This document shows, in pieces, positions 62,640 to 64,000 of a stretch of 64,000 nucleotides of DNA (position 1 is its first letter; the number at the start of each line of letters is the position of its first letter). The stretch covers positions 17,422,001-17,486,000 of the forward strand of contig CM060731.1 of the NCBI GenBank assembly GCA_030704615.1, given 5' to 3'. This DNA comes from Takakia lepidozioides (Eukaryota; Plantae; Bryophyta). The notes below the pieces were generated by a model. That model was given only the letters and a program-made list of their open reading frames with translations, made no database searches and had not been told where the DNA came from. A program made the translations under genes and the position numbers.

Positions 62640-64000
62640 GATGTTATTTGTGTGCTAGTGGCTGATCCATATCCCTGACCCTCTTCATTCCTGACAAACA
62701 AGGAGGTCTTGTTTTAAGCAGTTGCAGAAAACTCTGCAACGCGTACAGCATGAAAGTATGGTTTGCGCACCAAGGAACGGGTAGATGTGTGTAAGCCCCG
62801 CGGTGTTTGCAAACAATGCGCGAGATAAAAGGTCTGTCGTGCTTGTCCATCCTTGTGCCACTGCGTAAGGAGTAGAGCTAGCGTGTAATCCATAGCGCCC
62901 ACCATAGCTGCTAGTCTATAGCCTTCACTGCGCCCTCTTTCTCGGCAGTGGTTATGAGGGATACCACCTACCCTGCCACTCATAACTATCCGTTTTTCTT
63001 GATCTTGTTTTTTAAAAGAACCCTCATTGGCCGTTTTTCCTCCGTTGATTGGCTAATGAATAGTTGCTAGGTAATTTTCCTACATTACCTTCCTCCGCAT
63101 TTCACATATTTCTCTTGAATGACCACTATAATCACAATATTGGCATAACCTCCCTCTAGGTATTCGTGTAGAACATTCAACAACCTGCCTATCCGGTGCA
63201 TTTATTGGTCCCAGATTAGTTACGGCAGTAGTACCGGACAAGTACTTCGGCGGCTCTGTTCGTCGTTTTGTGCAATGGCGCTCGCCATTGCAGATCATGC
63301 AATGCGGATAGCCATGCGCCTTAAGCCACGTGTTTGAGTTCAAACACTCTCCCGTTTCTTTTTGGCCGTGTGGCAAATTCTCCGAGTTTGGCTCCCAAAC
63401 AGTTTTTGTACTTCTTGGCTACTTCACCAATGTCAACTTGTATCCACCTGTCACTGTTCCTATGGCCTATGCAACCTGTGTAGCATGTGCAGCATGTGAT
63501 GGGCTGTGTTGGCTATGTGAACACCGTGTTCCCTCCTATGACCATACACATGCGGCGTTATGACAAGTACATCCTGCTGGTGTTACTGGTGTAGCATGTG
63601 GCTGCGTCTGTGCTTCAATATATAAATCATGTTGTAATGGTCTATCATGGATACCATTGTATCCCTTTAATTTGTTGGAATTGACTCTACCAAACATTTC
63701 TTTGTTAATCATTTGTAACATAGCTGTGTTGTTATCATACATCTTTTGTGTGACATAAGGTCCCTTCCATGGTGACTTAAGCTTAGAAGCTTTAATCTTT
63801 CCTTTTTTCTGCAACCACAGTACCAAATCTCCTGTCTTAAAAGTTTTTAGTTTGCCTTCATCAAACCGATATTTCATTTTCATCTGAATTCTCGCCATGT
63901 TATCTGCTGCACCAGCACGAACTTCTTCTACATGATATAGTTCATGTTTCCTTACTTTGATTGAATCTTCCAATTCCATTCTCCTTCCCCATTCAGTTCT
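62640..64000 (-). mobile_element. Ty3/gypsy integrase C-terminal region plus downstream Cys-rich ORF remnants (element continues beyond the window)
   Basis: ORF 63536-63979 'MKYRFD..FKTGDLVLW..KLKSPWKGPYV..RVNSNKLKGY' (GPY/F motif). ORF 63080-63376 has CMICNGERHC and CQYCDYSGHSREIC. Confidence 0.7.

Overview
Eukaryotic land-plant nuclear DNA; a bryophyte-grade source is my inference from the PLS-DYW PPR style and the G-rich splice acceptors. There are two apparently intact intron-containing host genes: a ubiquitin-like + HECT E3 ligase of the UPL5 type (20004-27646, +) and a PAP15/PAP23-type purple acid phosphatase (56916-61836, +). The rest is decayed repeats: a LINE 3' end, several Ty3/gypsy remnants, TIR-like elements and two rearranged copies of a PLS-PPR-DYW pseudogene. 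Main finding: a Ty3/gypsy family present as two back-to-back antiparallel copies (30475-37652 on -, 37653-45899 on +). Its pol region carries a DNMT3-like cytosine-5 methyltransferase between protease and RT, and a PHD finger at the integrase C-terminus (gag-PR-DNMT-RT-RH-INT-PHD). Second finding: the PPR-DYW pseudogenes are linked to repeated exons encoding OSB-type 'PDF' ssDNA-binding motifs, suggesting a PDF-PPR-DYW fusion gene. Domain calls come from recognising motifs by eye; no searches were run, and boundaries of decayed elements are approximate.
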